Below the pieces are notes generated by a model. The model was not told where the DNA came from and did not search any database. It was given only the letters and a program-made list of their open reading frames with translations. Of a DNA stretch of 64,000 bases, positions 29,701 through 40,625 are shown in pieces. Numbering within the stretch: the first letter of the stretch is position 1; each line of letters opens with the position of its first letter. The position numbers and the translations under genes were made by a program. Origin of the DNA: Savitreella phatthalungensis (taxonomy: Eukaryota); contig AP039703.1 of assembly GCA_051599415.1 (NCBI GenBank), forward strand, positions 1 to 64,000. Direction: 5' to 3'.

Positions 29701-30311
29701 TGACTTAAGGCGGGCCGTGTCTTTGTTTGTGAGTTCATAAGGTGCATATTTATGATTATTGCTTGTCGTTCTGCACTGCATGTTTGCCGAAGAGCAGACA
29801 GGTCAGTCTAGGAGTGGCTCCCCAGGCGCGCTGAAGACTCCATAGCCTTAGAAACCAGGATGTATGCCCGCTCAAGGGCTGACCATGCAAGAAAACATGT
29901 TGCAATCCCTTGTTCCAAACAGAGTCCAAGAAGCGCTTATTATCAGCTCATTGCTATGACATCGAGATGCCCTCTAAAGCATTGTATGTACCAGATTGAA
30001 CAGCCTGTCTGGATCCACTTGCATCGTGCATTATCTTGCTGGGATCGCTGAGCTTATTGGTATTGCCGCTGGAGTAGATGATTATGCAACAGAAGGAAGA
30101 ATATCTGCTGTGAGCCAGGTTCCCAACCCTAGCTGACAGCCGTAGTGCAAAACGTGAATCGACCAGCAAATAGAATGCAGCTCCACGGTGGAACGCGTAT
30201 AAACCGCTGTTTCGGCTCCCGCCGATAGTCCTCGGCGGTGTGGGGTATAAATTGACAGTGACGGACAAATGGAGCACGCTTCGACACCTCAGTGCTTCGT
30301 TTGTCACCACA

Positions 30312-31262
30312 ATGTCGGAAGTTGATCTCAGTAAGGCAGCTGGCCACAAGATGGCTGTTGTGCCACAAAGCTGGACGACGCGCGATCAATTGCTCTTCGC
30401 CAACTCGATCGGCGTTCAGGCGCACGAGCTTCACATGCTTTATGAGCTTCACAAGGACTTCAAGCCCTTCCCCACGTACCCAGTCCTTTGCGGATTTCGC
30501 CAGCGAGGCGATGATGACGTTACAGACTTCATTGCTCGATCCTCTTCGACGAAGGGAGCCTTACCCGGTGTACCAAAGCTTGATTACAACCGCATGGTAG
30601 ACGGTGAGCGCTACCTTGAGGTAGTCAAACCGATTCCGAGCTCGTCAGAGGGACGTGATTTCGTACTCGAGTCGACTTGCGTCGGCGTGTACGATAAGGG
30701 AAAGGCCGGTCTCGTCATCGAAACCGAATCTGTGCTCAAGGACAACAAGACGGGCGAGGTGTACACTCGCATGCTCGGCTCCGGATTTGCCGTTGGTCAA
30801 GGCGGTTACAACGGCCCAAAGGGCCCAAAGAAGCCCAGTTATAAGCCCCCTGAAGGAGTGACGCCGAGCGCACAGGACGAAACCAAGCTCACGCAGGAGC
30901 AGGCACTGCTGTACCGTTTGAATGCTGATTATAACCCACTACACGCCGATCCGTCCATTGGCAAGCGCATGGGCTTCCCCGGAGCAATCCTGCACGGGCT
31001 GTGCACCTGGAATCATGCAGCGGTGCACGTACTCCGCGCCTTCGGAGGATCAGATCCGGCGAACTTCAAGTCTTTCGAAGCCCGCTTTGCGTCACCAGTT
31101 ATGCCAGGCACCACCCTTCAGACTCTCATGTGGGAAGGCAAGGTCGACGATCAGGGCTTCACAGAGATCATCTTCGTTACGAAGGTCAAGGAGTCGGGCA
31201 AAGTCGTGCTCGCGAATGGACGTGCAAGGGTCAAGAAGGCTGCTGCCAAGAGTAAGATTTAG
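30312..31262 (+). CDS. Peroxisomal enoyl-CoA hydratase 2 (MaoC dehydratase), PTS1-like (-SKI)
   Basis: LYELHKDFKPFPTY, VDGERYLEV, DKGKAG, ALLYRLNADYNPLHADP, ILHGLCT. Confidence 0.92.
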   Translation: MSEVDLSKAAGHKMAVVPQSWTTRDQLLFANSIGVQAHELHMLYELHKDFKPFPTYPVLCGFRQRGDDDVTDFIARSSSTKGALPGVPKLDYNRMVDGERYLEVVKPIPSSSEGRDFVLESTCVGVYDKGKAGLVIETESVLKDNKTGEVYTRMLGSGFAVGQGGYNGPKGPKKPSYKPPEGVTPSAQDETKLTQEQALLYRLNADYNPLHADPSIGKRMGFPGAILHGLCTWNHAAVHVLRAFGGSDPANFKSFEARFASPVMPGTTLQTLMWEGKVDDQGFTEIIFVTKVKESGKVVLANGRARVKKAAAKSKI

Positions 31263-31297
31263 ACAATGAATGCTATAGTTCCTCGCTAGCACGGACC

Positions 31298-31813
31298 TCA
31301 ATTAGGCATTTTGGCTGCATCGCACGGCGGCGGAACAGGTACATCGTCAGGGATTGGAGGGTGCACAACCTTTCCAACCCTGTAGTACTTTGCATGTGTG
31401 TTGTAGAACAGCTTCCACGCGTCAATCTCAAGCAGACGCTCTGGCTCGATACCTCGCAAATCGTGTGTAAGATCCGTCGCAAAGCATCCCGTCACGTAAG
31501 CGCGCGCGCCGTCTTTCCCAACAAAAAATGAGTACGGTTTGCCCGTGCCATATAACTCAGGAGTAGCAGAGACATCGTAGACGTCTCCGTCAACAGCCAA
31601 CAGTATAGGCTTGCCATTCGTCCCGTCATACTTGGCGAGCTCCGCCTCCGACAGGATGAGATCCGGCTTGAGTTTCTGCAGCCACCATTTTGGATTGGTA
31701 TACTGATTCTGATGGCCGAATGTCAAATTCCCGTATCTTTGATGCGAGTAGCCGATGAGTACACCGATAAGAGCTCCGAGAGTCGCCAAGAAGGCGACCA
31801 TTCGACCGAGCAT
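31298..31813 (-). CDS. MAPR-family cytochrome b5-like heme/steroid-binding protein
   Basis: N-terminal TM, ELAKYDG, ILLAVDGDVYDVS, FVGKDGARAYVTGCF. ATG at 31813. Confidence 0.9.
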   Translation of the reverse strand: MLGRMVAFLATLGALIGVLIGYSHQRYGNLTFGHQNQYTNPKWWLQKLKPDLILSEAELAKYDGTNGKPILLAVDGDVYDVSATPELYGTGKPYSFFVGKDGARAYVTGCFATDLTHDLRGIEPERLLEIDAWKLFYNTHAKYYRVGKVVHPPIPDDVPVPPPCDAAKMPN

Positions 31814-32737
31814 AGTGCGGGTCTGCTCGATTCTCCATTGACGTTCGCCCCGCTTTTCGACGCTCAAGTTTCCTGCATCGTTCAGACAAGTCGACGTCGA
31901 CAATTAGACAGTGCACGTGCGTGGCACAGTCCTGGTCGGTTTGACCTGCCACGCATATATCAGTGAGCCGAATGAGACCGGATCAATCGTCAGCGCTCAA
32001 TTCGAACTGTCCATATATTGCTAGAAAGGTGAGCAGGTTGGATCGCATGTACAAGCTAGAGTCTGATAGTCGGGATCGAAGGTGGCCGCTATCTATTACA
32101 TCCCAAGTACATATGTGATTTCGAGCTTGGCAGAAAAGGATCACTGGCTTACCTCAGTTATGGGCAAGCTCTGAAAACTTGGAAAATCAACCAGAGTCCA
32201 GCCATGATCGAGCTCAATCTCGATCAGGAATGTGCGCCTTTCATTGGAAGGCAATGCATTGTGAGCTCTCGATCGTAATTCGGATCAATGTGCTTACCAG
32301 TTACGGTACAAGTCCAGGGTAAGCCCAATTCGAACTGTCCTCAGATTGTTGGAAATTTGCCGTACTTGACTAGAGTCAATACTTTGCGGATGCCATGGAT
32401 CTCACCGCCGCCTCGATATACAGGCAGAAGGCATCCAGCTCTCACGTCATTTTACACTCCCGCATCATTATTGAAATTCTTTGAGCTGACGCTGGTCTGT
32501 GCTGCGAAGGTGCAGCGGAAGTACAAGGAGATAACGAAATTGTTCGTCTTTGCACTTGGCATGCAAATCTCTCCCTTGGCACACCCGTAGACGAGTTTTG
32601 AGCATCTTGTCTGCAAGGTTCGTTAAAAACCATAGGTGCACCTTTTAAAAGTCAGTTCAGGCCGCTGTCCAAGTTTCATCTTCATTCTGGGGTCGAAATA
32701 TCCGCCCTACAGCGACGGCTCGCAGAGGACTCCCGCG

Positions 32738-34213
32738 ATGCTGAGGCTGTCGAGCAGGGCAGTCATCTTTGGTGTCATTGTCACACTGCTTCTGACTTTG
32801 TCGTTCATCTATCGCGATGAAGCTCGAAAGGGAGCTGAAGATCTTTCTTCGACCTTGCGGCATGAGGCTCCGGCTCGGGTGACTGTCACGGTCACTGCTC
32901 CGATGAATCCAGCCTTAGCCACAGCTGCAGTAGCCGCTACTGGTGATATCTCCGCCGTCCTCGCGAAGCAGCAACAAGAGCTAGATCGTGTGGCTGCTCT
33001 GCTGGATCGTATGACGCGCATCGTTGAGTTGCGTGACGCGAACCGGTTCGACGACCGCATCAAGAACTCCATCACCCGGAATATTGACTATCTTCACTCG
33101 GTCGACCACGAGGAATTCTGGGCAGATGCGCCATACAGCGTCTGGGATCTGAAGAGAAGAGAGTGGCATAACTGGGTAAACAATACGGCGCCGAAATGGT
33201 CTGAGGAGCGATCAAAGCACAACGGTCGTGGAATCGTCTTTGTTGGAGGCAATGATGCGACTGTAGCGCTGGTCAAGGTCACAGTCTCGATGTTGCGTGC
33301 TTATGGCTGCAGCTTGCCGATGGAGTTACATTACCTTGAAGGCGAGCTCGACGAGGAGAAGCTTAAGCTCTTTGGGTCTCTCAAGGTCAAGACACGCAAT
33401 CTCGGGGACAAGAGCAACCTTTTCCCTGTCATCAAGCAGCCCGGCAAAGGCGGTAAGTCCTTCCACATCAAGACAGCTGCAATCGCAAATTCGGCTTTTG
33501 CGGAGGTCATCTACCTTGACAGCGACAGCATGCCTACACGTGATCCTCAATTCTTGTTTGAAAGCGCCAGTTATCAGCGTACTGGCATTCTCTTGTGGCC
33601 CGATTTCTGGAAAACGCATCATACGAATCCGATCTGGCACATCTTCGACACGCCACTTCGCGATGAGTGGGAAGCAGAATCTGGGCAAGTCGTGATCGAC
33701 AAAACGCGGAACTGGGACGTGCTGATGCTCGCCCACTTCATCAACGCGGACGGCGCATTCTATTATCAGCTTCTGAACGGAGACAAAGATTCAATCCGAT
33801 TCGCTGCAAAAGGCTTACGTAGGGAGTACTCGATGTCAAGCCAGTTCCTGGCAGCTGGCGGTTACATTTATATGGACCGCTTCTGCGGACACACTATGGT
33901 ACAATTCAACCCGGAAACAAAGGACGAAGTCTTGTTTGTGCACGCTAATCTGCTCAAAGAACATCCTCATTCGGAGTTGAACACCGACGGCGAAGGATCA
34001 GATCTCGGTGTGTTCCCCGTTTTCAAAGGCTATTTAGCGACGGAGGACAACACGTGGCTGCGTCCACGCTTCATCACCCCTGGTGGGCGGCCTTGCATGG
34101 AACTTGAGGTGGGCAAAGGCGAACCTGATATTCGCGAAGTGCCTTTTGACGAAGCTGTGCCTGGCTGGAACGCTTTCTACAAGAAACACGGTGGCGTCGG
34201 AGGCGGTCAATAG
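32738..34213 (+). CDS. Alpha-1,2-mannosyltransferase, Mnn2/Mnn5 family (GT71)
   Basis: Type II anchor, GRGIVFVGG, YLDSD, LWPDFW, ESGQVVIDK, GDKD, HTMVQF. Confidence 0.9.
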   Translation: MLRLSSRAVIFGVIVTLLLTLSFIYRDEARKGAEDLSSTLRHEAPARVTVTVTAPMNPALATAAVAATGDISAVLAKQQQELDRVAALLDRMTRIVELRDANRFDDRIKNSITRNIDYLHSVDHEEFWADAPYSVWDLKRREWHNWVNNTAPKWSEERSKHNGRGIVFVGGNDATVALVKVTVSMLRAYGCSLPMELHYLEGELDEEKLKLFGSLKVKTRNLGDKSNLFPVIKQPGKGGKSFHIKTAAIANSAFAEVIYLDSDSMPTRDPQFLFESASYQRTGILLWPDFWKTHHTNPIWHIFDTPLRDEWEAESGQVVIDKTRNWDVLMLAHFINADGAFYYQLLNGDKDSIRFAAKGLRREYSMSSQFLAAGGYIYMDRFCGHTMVQFNPETKDEVLFVHANLLKEHPHSELNTDGEGSDLGVFPVFKGYLATEDNTWLRPRFITPGGRPCMELEVGKGEPDIREVPFDEAVPGWNAFYKKHGGVGGGQ

Positions 34214-35014
34214 ATCGAGCCGACTCGATGTTGGTTGGCATTAGAGTACTTTGTATGGTGTGCGTGTAAATATATGTAATCGTGGAAAGGGCAATGTCCG
34301 TCGGCAATTTGGCGTCCTCACGTGCTCATTCCCTGATGGCCTCAACATGCATGTGCAAGCATGATCTCAGATTGATCGTGTCATTATTCCACGAACCGAA
34401 GCCAAACTTCGCCGGCCAGATTCGACAGACAGACGGAGCGAGACCTGCACTGCGCAACTGACACACAGGCACAAAACAGCGACCACTGTCGTATAGATTC
34501 GTCAATCCTTCCAGCATGTTTTATACATGTACATGATGAAAATTAGTCGTAGCAAATGATCGCCTAGCTCGTCCATCCTCTCCTCCGGGATCGCAGGGGA
34601 CAAAGCATGACGACAGCGACCAGGCTACACACCTTGTTACTTCGAAGAGGTCGCGATTGTACGCTCTGATCCTACATGTTCGTATTCTGCTGGAAGGAAT
34701 TTGAGCAGGCGCGCTTGAGCCGCAAAGGATCCTCCGCGCAGGCTCTCGTCATCTCAGCGACCAAAATGGTGCGGGCCACGCTGACCATTGCATTGCGTTC
34801 CTCGTGTATGGTCGTTGGCAGAGCAATGACTGGGCATGTCCGTTGCGTGGGCCAGCTTGCAGCATTTGATGCCGAGCTCGACCGGACTAATTTTGTGACC
34901 TTCCCCTACTCTTCAATTCCTTGATCGTGTTGCCCACAAAGTTATCTAGCTAGATAAACACCATCCGATGCATAGTTTCGAGGGAGAATTAATCACGTCA
35001 TTGCTATATCTACG

Positions 35015-35614
35015 ATGCGAACCATGTTGCGCTACTCGAGACGTTGCTTCTCGAGCTCACTGAGACGCCTGCGTCAGTCCATATGGTCGTACGAGTCCGT
35101 CGCATCTCATGCAGCTTCACCGGCTCAAAAGACGCGCCTCGTGGACGTCCGCGAAACGGATGAGTACGCGGCAGGCGCCATTCCGAGTGCTGTCAATGTG
35201 CCCTTGAGCCGGCTAGAACAGCTACTAGCGATGTCGCCAGAGGACTACGAACGTAGCACTGGCCATGTGAAACCAAAGCACGACGAAACTGTCGTCTTCT
35301 ATTGCCGGTCAGGCGTGCGCTCTTCCAAGGCGAGTGAGATTGCGGATCGCCTCGGTTTCAAGGACATCGGAAACTATAAGGGCTCCTACCTGGATTGGAC
35401 GGCAAGAGCAGCCTCGCCCGATCCTCATGCTGAAGTGGCATCTGCCCAGGCTTCGACAGCTGGCGACCAGATTTCCTTGAAGGAAATGAATGAGCGCGAA
35501 GCGACACGGCAAGGTGAGGCGCAAGCTCATACATTGTCGCACGACGAAGCGTCAGAAAGTGTCAAGAATGGTTCAGAGCTTGCCGACCAAGGACAGCAAT
35601 CAAAATTCAGCTAG
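35015..35614 (+). CDS. Single-domain rhodanese, likely mitochondrial (Rdl2-like)
   Basis: Presequence-like N-terminus, LVDVRE, GAIPSAVNVP, FYCRSGVRS, YKGSYLDW. Confidence 0.9.
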   Translation: MRTMLRYSRRCFSSSLRRLRQSIWSYESVASHAASPAQKTRLVDVRETDEYAAGAIPSAVNVPLSRLEQLLAMSPEDYERSTGHVKPKHDETVVFYCRSGVRSSKASEIADRLGFKDIGNYKGSYLDWTARAASPDPHAEVASAQASTAGDQISLKEMNEREATRQGEAQAHTLSHDEASESVKNGSELADQGQQSKFS

Positions 35615-35992
35615 CCACTGTTCGTAATTGAATGCATCGCCATGTGTGCCGAAGAGCCTGCTAAATTGTTCCGGAGACAGCTTATTGTCGCCAGTGCAGA
35701 GTGCCTTGCGCAGCTCTGCAGAAGCGATCGAGCCGGAAGCGCGCTCATCGAACGTTCTGAAAAGCAGGCGCATGTCATTTGGTATTCTCCGTTGCTGTGC
35801 GGTCATTGTCGCCAGAAATCCAGGTAGAGACCTTACAGGAAGCGTTTTGAGCATGTCCCTAATGGTTGCGTCGTTCTGCTCTAGTCCTAAAGATCGTGAC
35901 ATATTTCTAACATCCTCGAAAGACAACTTCCCGTCTTCATCTGCATCCAGGAGGCTGAAGGCTTCCTTAAGCCGCTCACTCGCGTCTGCCAT
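35600..35992 (-). CDS. EF-hand protein, myosin regulatory light chain-like
   Basis: LKEAFSLLDADEDGKLSFEDVRNMSRSLG, FRTFDERASGSIASAELRKAL, FNYEQW. ATG at 35992. Confidence 0.8.
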   Translation of the reverse strand: MADASERLKEAFSLLDADEDGKLSFEDVRNMSRSLGLEQNDATIRDMLKTLPVRSLPGFLATMTAQQRRIPNDMRLLFRTFDERASGSIASAELRKALCTGDNKLSPEQFSRLFGTHGDAFNYEQWLAEF

Positions 35993-36069
35993 TAATATGG
36001 CTACAGCGCCTTTGTTTACCTTTTTCTCATTTGGCTTCTCTGTGGGATCAATTGGAAATGAATAAAGGC

Positions 36070-36852
36070 TCACGCCAGCTGTTCCGCATGCTTAAACCCT
36101 CCGTCCTGGAGCTTTCGCATGATCTCTGGCAGCCGTTCGGGATCGACGACTCCCGAGGCCACGCCGCTGCCACCTTGTATGATGCGATTTCCCACAATCG
36201 GCACGCAGCGCACGGTCCTTGTGTCTCCAGGTTCAAAGCGCACTGCAGTGCCGGCTGCAATGTCCAGGCGGAGGCCGTAGCTGCGCGCACGGTCGAATTG
36301 AAGCGCCGGATTCGTTTCAATCAAGTGATAGTGAGAGCCGACTTGAATGGGTCTGTCACCCGTGTTTGTGATGCGCAACTCTGTGCGTTGGCGACCGGCG
36401 TTCAACAAAATCTTGCCAGGCTTGACAAGCACTGCCCCAGGCTGATTTTCCGGCCGTAAACTCGCCTCGCTATGTGCAGGAAAGATCTCCGGGTCTGGTA
36501 CAGGCAGAAAAGAGCCTGCCAAAGCTTTCTCAAGGTTGCCGTGCTCTGACGAGATTGGCTGATGGACCGTTACGAGATAGGTGCCATCTGGAAACGTTCC
36601 TTCAACCATGACTTCATGCATAGCAGCAATGACCGGGGCCTGTACTTGTCGTCTGCCGAGCAGCTGCTTGCCCTCTGACATGAGCTGCGAGACCGTATGG
36701 TGCCCATCTCTGATGAGCTCATGTAACTGATAAGCAATCAGCCCGCGGGCTTCTGCTTCATTGAGTTGAACACCGCGAGCCAGTCGGCGCTGCGCCAGCT
36801 GACCGACTTGAACGATCAGTAGTTTGTCAATCTCGCGTGGAGAGAGGTTCAT
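36070..36852 (-). CDS. Urease gamma+beta domains only (no catalytic alpha domain)
   Basis: [11 protein letters not shown]...[23 protein letters not shown] (gamma); [30 protein letters not shown] (beta). Stop after 260 aa. Confidence 0.93.
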   Translation of the reverse strand: MNLSPREIDKLLIVQVGQLAQRRLARGVQLNEAEARGLIAYQLHELIRDGHHTVSQLMSEGKQLLGRRQVQAPVIAAMHEVMVEGTFPDGTYLVTVHQPISSEHGNLEKALAGSFLPVPDPEIFPAHSEASLRPENQPGAVLVKPGKILLNAGRQRTELRITNTGDRPIQVGSHYHLIETNPALQFDRARSYGLRLDIAAGTAVRFEPGDTRTVRCVPIVGNRIIQGGSGVASGVVDPERLPEIMRKLQDGGFKHAEQLA

Positions 36853-37382
36853 TGCCGTTGTTAGCCGCGAACGACCTCAGTCCAGTACAGAGCGTGGTCG
36901 TTTGGAAAGATAAGATAGCTCGAGTTTGACATATCACGCACGTGAAATTTGATCAATGTCCCTTCGAGCACAATCTCATCCGTAGCTAATCATACGAAGG
37001 CTACTGCGCGATACCTCGAGTGAGAAGGCCTGGACCACCATGTCTCGTACCTTGTAAATCAGAGGAGCGTCCTCAGTAATCTTGTGCACCTGATAAATGC
37101 CTGAAGTGATGAAGCATATGTTGCCTTGCTGGGAGATGCCCGTCCATTGTGAAACCCGAGCGATGATGTAGCGGACGTCTCGCTGACCCGCTTGGTTCAG
37201 CATGCGCTCCACAGAGCAGTTCCATGCGTTGTCATCTCAAAACTCGAGGACGTAGCAGTCTGGGTAATGCGAGGCGTGCGTGATGATGCAGCTTGATGTC
37301 TACTATATGAGCACGAGGTGCTTCCCAACGTCGAACATCAGTATCGATCAAAGTCTGCCCAGAGACCGCGCTGCGCGGCACG

Positions 37383-38425
37383 ATGCTACTGACTGCGATG
37401 GATCTCTTGATAAGTTTATTGCTCTGTGCTTCAGTCGACGCCCAGCGCATTGCTAGCACATCTGCCGCTCAAGCGACGGCGAATGGCAACTGTCCACGAT
37501 ATATGCTGTTGTCCGCGCGAGGCACTACTGTACGAATCTGGAACCGCCTTGAGAGGCCTGTTACTGATCCAATCTACTTTGACAGGAGACACAGCGAGAC
37601 CCAAATGGCTCACGTGCTTTGAAGCGTGCTGTCATGGGCGGTGTGCCCGGAGGCGTCGTTCACGAGGCTGTATATCCAGCAACGTTTGCCACCATCGGTA
37701 AATCAACAAGAGGATCCTACGGCTTCCAGCTAACATGCCATCAGGACAAGGACCGAACATAGCCGCGCGGGACATGATACAGCAGATCAATGTCATGCGC
37801 GCTCGTTGTCCGAATACTGTTTTCGCCGCTCATGGATAGTGGGTCGTTCTCTAGGTCTAGGTCGAATGCATGGACTGACTCTCTCAGCTCGCAGGGCGCA
37901 ATGGCTGTCGTCACAATGCTCAACAGCCGCGACATGCCGCGAGACATAAATCTGGCGGGTGTAACACTATTCGGGAACCCTTACTGGTCGCCGCAGAGCT
38001 CGCAAGGTATCAATGCTGGCACAGCAACTCGAGGACGAGGCACATTTGCTGGCAGGTTGAATGTACCTGACCAATACCGCGCAGTGACAAAAGACTTTTG
38101 CAATGGTACGCGAGACGACACAAGTATGGAAGATATGCGTGACTGACCAGTCTCAGCAAATGACCTTTTTTGCACTGGAGGAACGAGCCTCGCTGTGCAT
38201 CTCGCATATCCTCGCAGTCCTCAAGGTCGCCAGGCTGAGCAATTCTTGCAATCCCGACTACAGGCTGTGATTCAAAATCCCGGAGCTGGACGAGCAACAG
38301 CTGGGACTGCAAGTGCAAGTGTCGGTACTACAGGCGCTCGTCGCAATCGAGGAAACGCACGCACCCGTGCACGACAACAGGGCAGTAGTGCTAGCACCCC
38401 AGCTCAAGCTACCCCAGCCGCTTGA
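37383..38425 (+). CDS. Secreted cutinase (CE5), join(37383..37529,37586..37697,37745..37838,37888..38105,38157..38425)
   Basis: Splicing four 47-56 nt GT-AG introns with CTAAC/CTGAC-type branch sites gives a signal peptide, ARGTTE, CPNT, GYSQG, LFGNP, FCNANDLFC and HLAY (Ser-Asp-His triad). Confidence 0.88.
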
Positions 38426-39269
38426 TCACAGGCGCATCATTTTCACTGGGAAGTAGAGGTGATCCTGCAGTGACAGACCAGTGGTGGATTTGCGCTAGAA
38501 GTTGCAGCATCTAGCTAGCACCATTAGCAAGCTTCATGCCACCTGATTTGTTTAGTTGAAGGCGAGCTTCGACGATTTGTCGAAAAGAATAAGGAAGTTT
38601 ACTCGTCCAGGGTCTACGTTTCGTCAATGTGTATCAAGCATGCGGTGTCCCCCAGGTTGGGGACGTAGAGAGTGGCACGGCCTCTCGCAAGAGCTTTACC
38701 TGGCCAAGTGTGTGATTCGGTCGCTTGTGAAGCACGAGCGATAAGCACCGCTGGACGGTGTTGAGTAGCGGTTTGGAAAGGTTGCACAAGATACTGCTCA
38801 GCTGCTCTTCCCTATGCATTCGCAATATAGGTGAGATTCTCCAGCGAACTGAGGCCGCTTCCACAAGAGAGGTGTCTAGCTTGCTGTCGAAAGTCTGACA
38901 CATCTCGTTGACAATGAGGCAAATGAACCATGCTGTCACAACATCTTCGCACGATGGAACTAAATCGTTGCGGCAATATCACGTATCGCCGAAGGTGCCT
39001 CGTCCGACAAGATGCTGTGCCACAGTGATCGCAATGGAGGACGGTTACGGCCCTGGCTCGGTTCGCCACAGCTGCGATGCGCTTGTAACGAACCGAAGGG
39101 CGTGGCAAGCCGCAAATTTGACATCACAAGAGCGGATATACCTATTTGCAAGTTGAACTCGAATACAAATGAGCTGGTTGAGGAAAGTTGTACGGTCTAA
39201 AAATGCTTCATTGAGTGCTACTGAACGTTATGAGTGATTTTGAGGCGTGAGAATAGGGGGCCATGCCGA

Positions 39270-40625
39270 TTAAGCCAAAGCAGCGACCAGACCGGCGGCG
39301 ATCAGCCCTCCGACCTGCGCTCCGATCAAGCTTGCGCCGCTGCTAGGACGAGCAAGGCCGCTGGACGAGGCCGCAGACGAGACAGCCCTGGTTGAGGTTG
39401 CCGCGGTCGTTGTAGCCTGACCACCGACGGTCGCACCGCCGGCAGCAGATCCTGACGACGATGCCATGGCAGATGAAAGGGTGCTGTTGGCCGGGGCAGT
39501 GCTGAAGGAGCGCACAGCAGAGGCAGACCTTGAAGAGCTGGAGATGATCACCGGTCCGGGTGCGATGGGCTGGATCGAGAAGCGCGTTGCCTCGGCAGAT
39601 GATGACGAAGGAGTCTGAGATGTCGCAGAGGCAGCTGTGCTGGAGGTGGCAGCTACGGCAGCAACACCGGCAGCGACGACTGGGCAAGTCAGGTCGAATA
39701 GGGGCTGCTGTGAAGGGCTTCCAGAGGGAACGAGGCCAAATGAGGGTGCAGGTGTTTGCGGAGATGCGTCCTGTAGCGTGTACCAATACGTGTTGACTTG
39801 ACCGAAAAGCAAGCCACATCCCACGGCATCCCAGTATGCCTTTGCGTTCTGAGTCGATGGCACGGCGAGACCTTCGGTAGGTCCAGAAACGGGCCAGCCT
39901 GTCTCCGTGACCCATATGGGCTTGCCCTGGGATGCAGCGAGTGTTTCAGCGTAAGCGGTCTGAAAGAGAGCCTTGCCTTGGTCGATGCCGTTGGTCATCT
40001 CCGACTGGAAATAAGGGTATGCGTCCATGGAGATGAAGTCGACTGCTTGGACAACGCCAACATTCGTGCCATTCGTCCACGCATTGAAGGTGTCAACATG
40101 AGTGATAGGAGCAGAGGATAGCGCAGTGCCGGCGAGCGCGGAACGGACTTGGTTGATGTAGTCGATGACGACTGCAGGACCTGCGCCAATGCCAGCCTTA
40201 TTCTTCTGGCCGGTGGCGGAGTCTCTATACAGATCTTCCGAACCCACGGAAACTCCCACGACGCGTGACGTGAAGGCCGAGCCATACTGCTGAATGGCAG
40301 CCTTCAGTGCTGCAATCTCGTTTGTCATCGTCGTCTGGCCGCCAGAAGCCCAAAGGCCTAGAAGAAGAGTGGTGTCTTGAGCAATAGCAGCAGGGATGGC
40401 GCTCGAAGGCGTATTAGCCGTGCCAGCCTGCACGGTCGTGTAAAGGCGGGCAGAATTGAAGCGACCGTTGGTGCCAGGCAAGTTCTTCTGAGCAGCGAAG
40501 AGAGACTCGAAGTCGGCCTGTGTCATGGCAGAACCATCTGTGTGTGTGGCACCGAAGTTATTACCTTGGATAGATGCTGCAGTAGCTGCACCGGCAAGGG
40601 CAAAGAGCGTAGAGGCGAACTGCAT
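39270..40625 (-). CDS. eglC: GPI-anchored GH17 endo-beta-1,3-glucanase (EglC-like)
   Basis: Signal peptide, [36 protein letters not shown]-rich stalk, hydrophobic GPI tail. Confidence 0.92.
   Translation of the reverse strand: MQFASTLFALAGAATAASIQGNNFGATHTDGSAMTQADFESLFAAQKNLPGTNGRFNSARLYTTVQAGTANTPSSAIPAAIAQDTTLLLGLWASGGQTTMTNEIAALKAAIQQYGSAFTSRVVGVSVGSEDLYRDSATGQKNKAGIGAGPAVVIDYINQVRSALAGTALSSAPITHVDTFNAWTNGTNVGVVQAVDFISMDAYPYFQSEMTNGIDQGKALFQTAYAETLAASQGKPIWVTETGWPVSGPTEGLAVPSTQNAKAYWDAVGCGLLFGQVNTYWYTLQDASPQTPAPSFGLVPSGSPSQQPLFDLTCPVVAAGVAAVAATSSTAASATSQTPSSSSAEATRFSIQPIAPGPVIISSSSRSASAVRSFSTAPANSTLSSAMASSSGSAAGGATVGGQATTTAATSTRAVSSAASSSGLARPSSGASLIGAQVGGLIAAGLVAALA

Noticed and set aside
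29291..30300. Telomerase RNA (Sm-like ATATTTTG directly before a GTAAGT donor on the minus strand)
   Set aside because: No CTAACCCTAA-type template on that strand, and the intron joins a plausible coding frame.
35993..36073. Urease-EF-hand fusion by frameshift (GTG overlapping the TGA)
   Set aside because: The intervening sequence is AT-rich and UTR-like, and the EF-hand gene has its own ATG at 35992.
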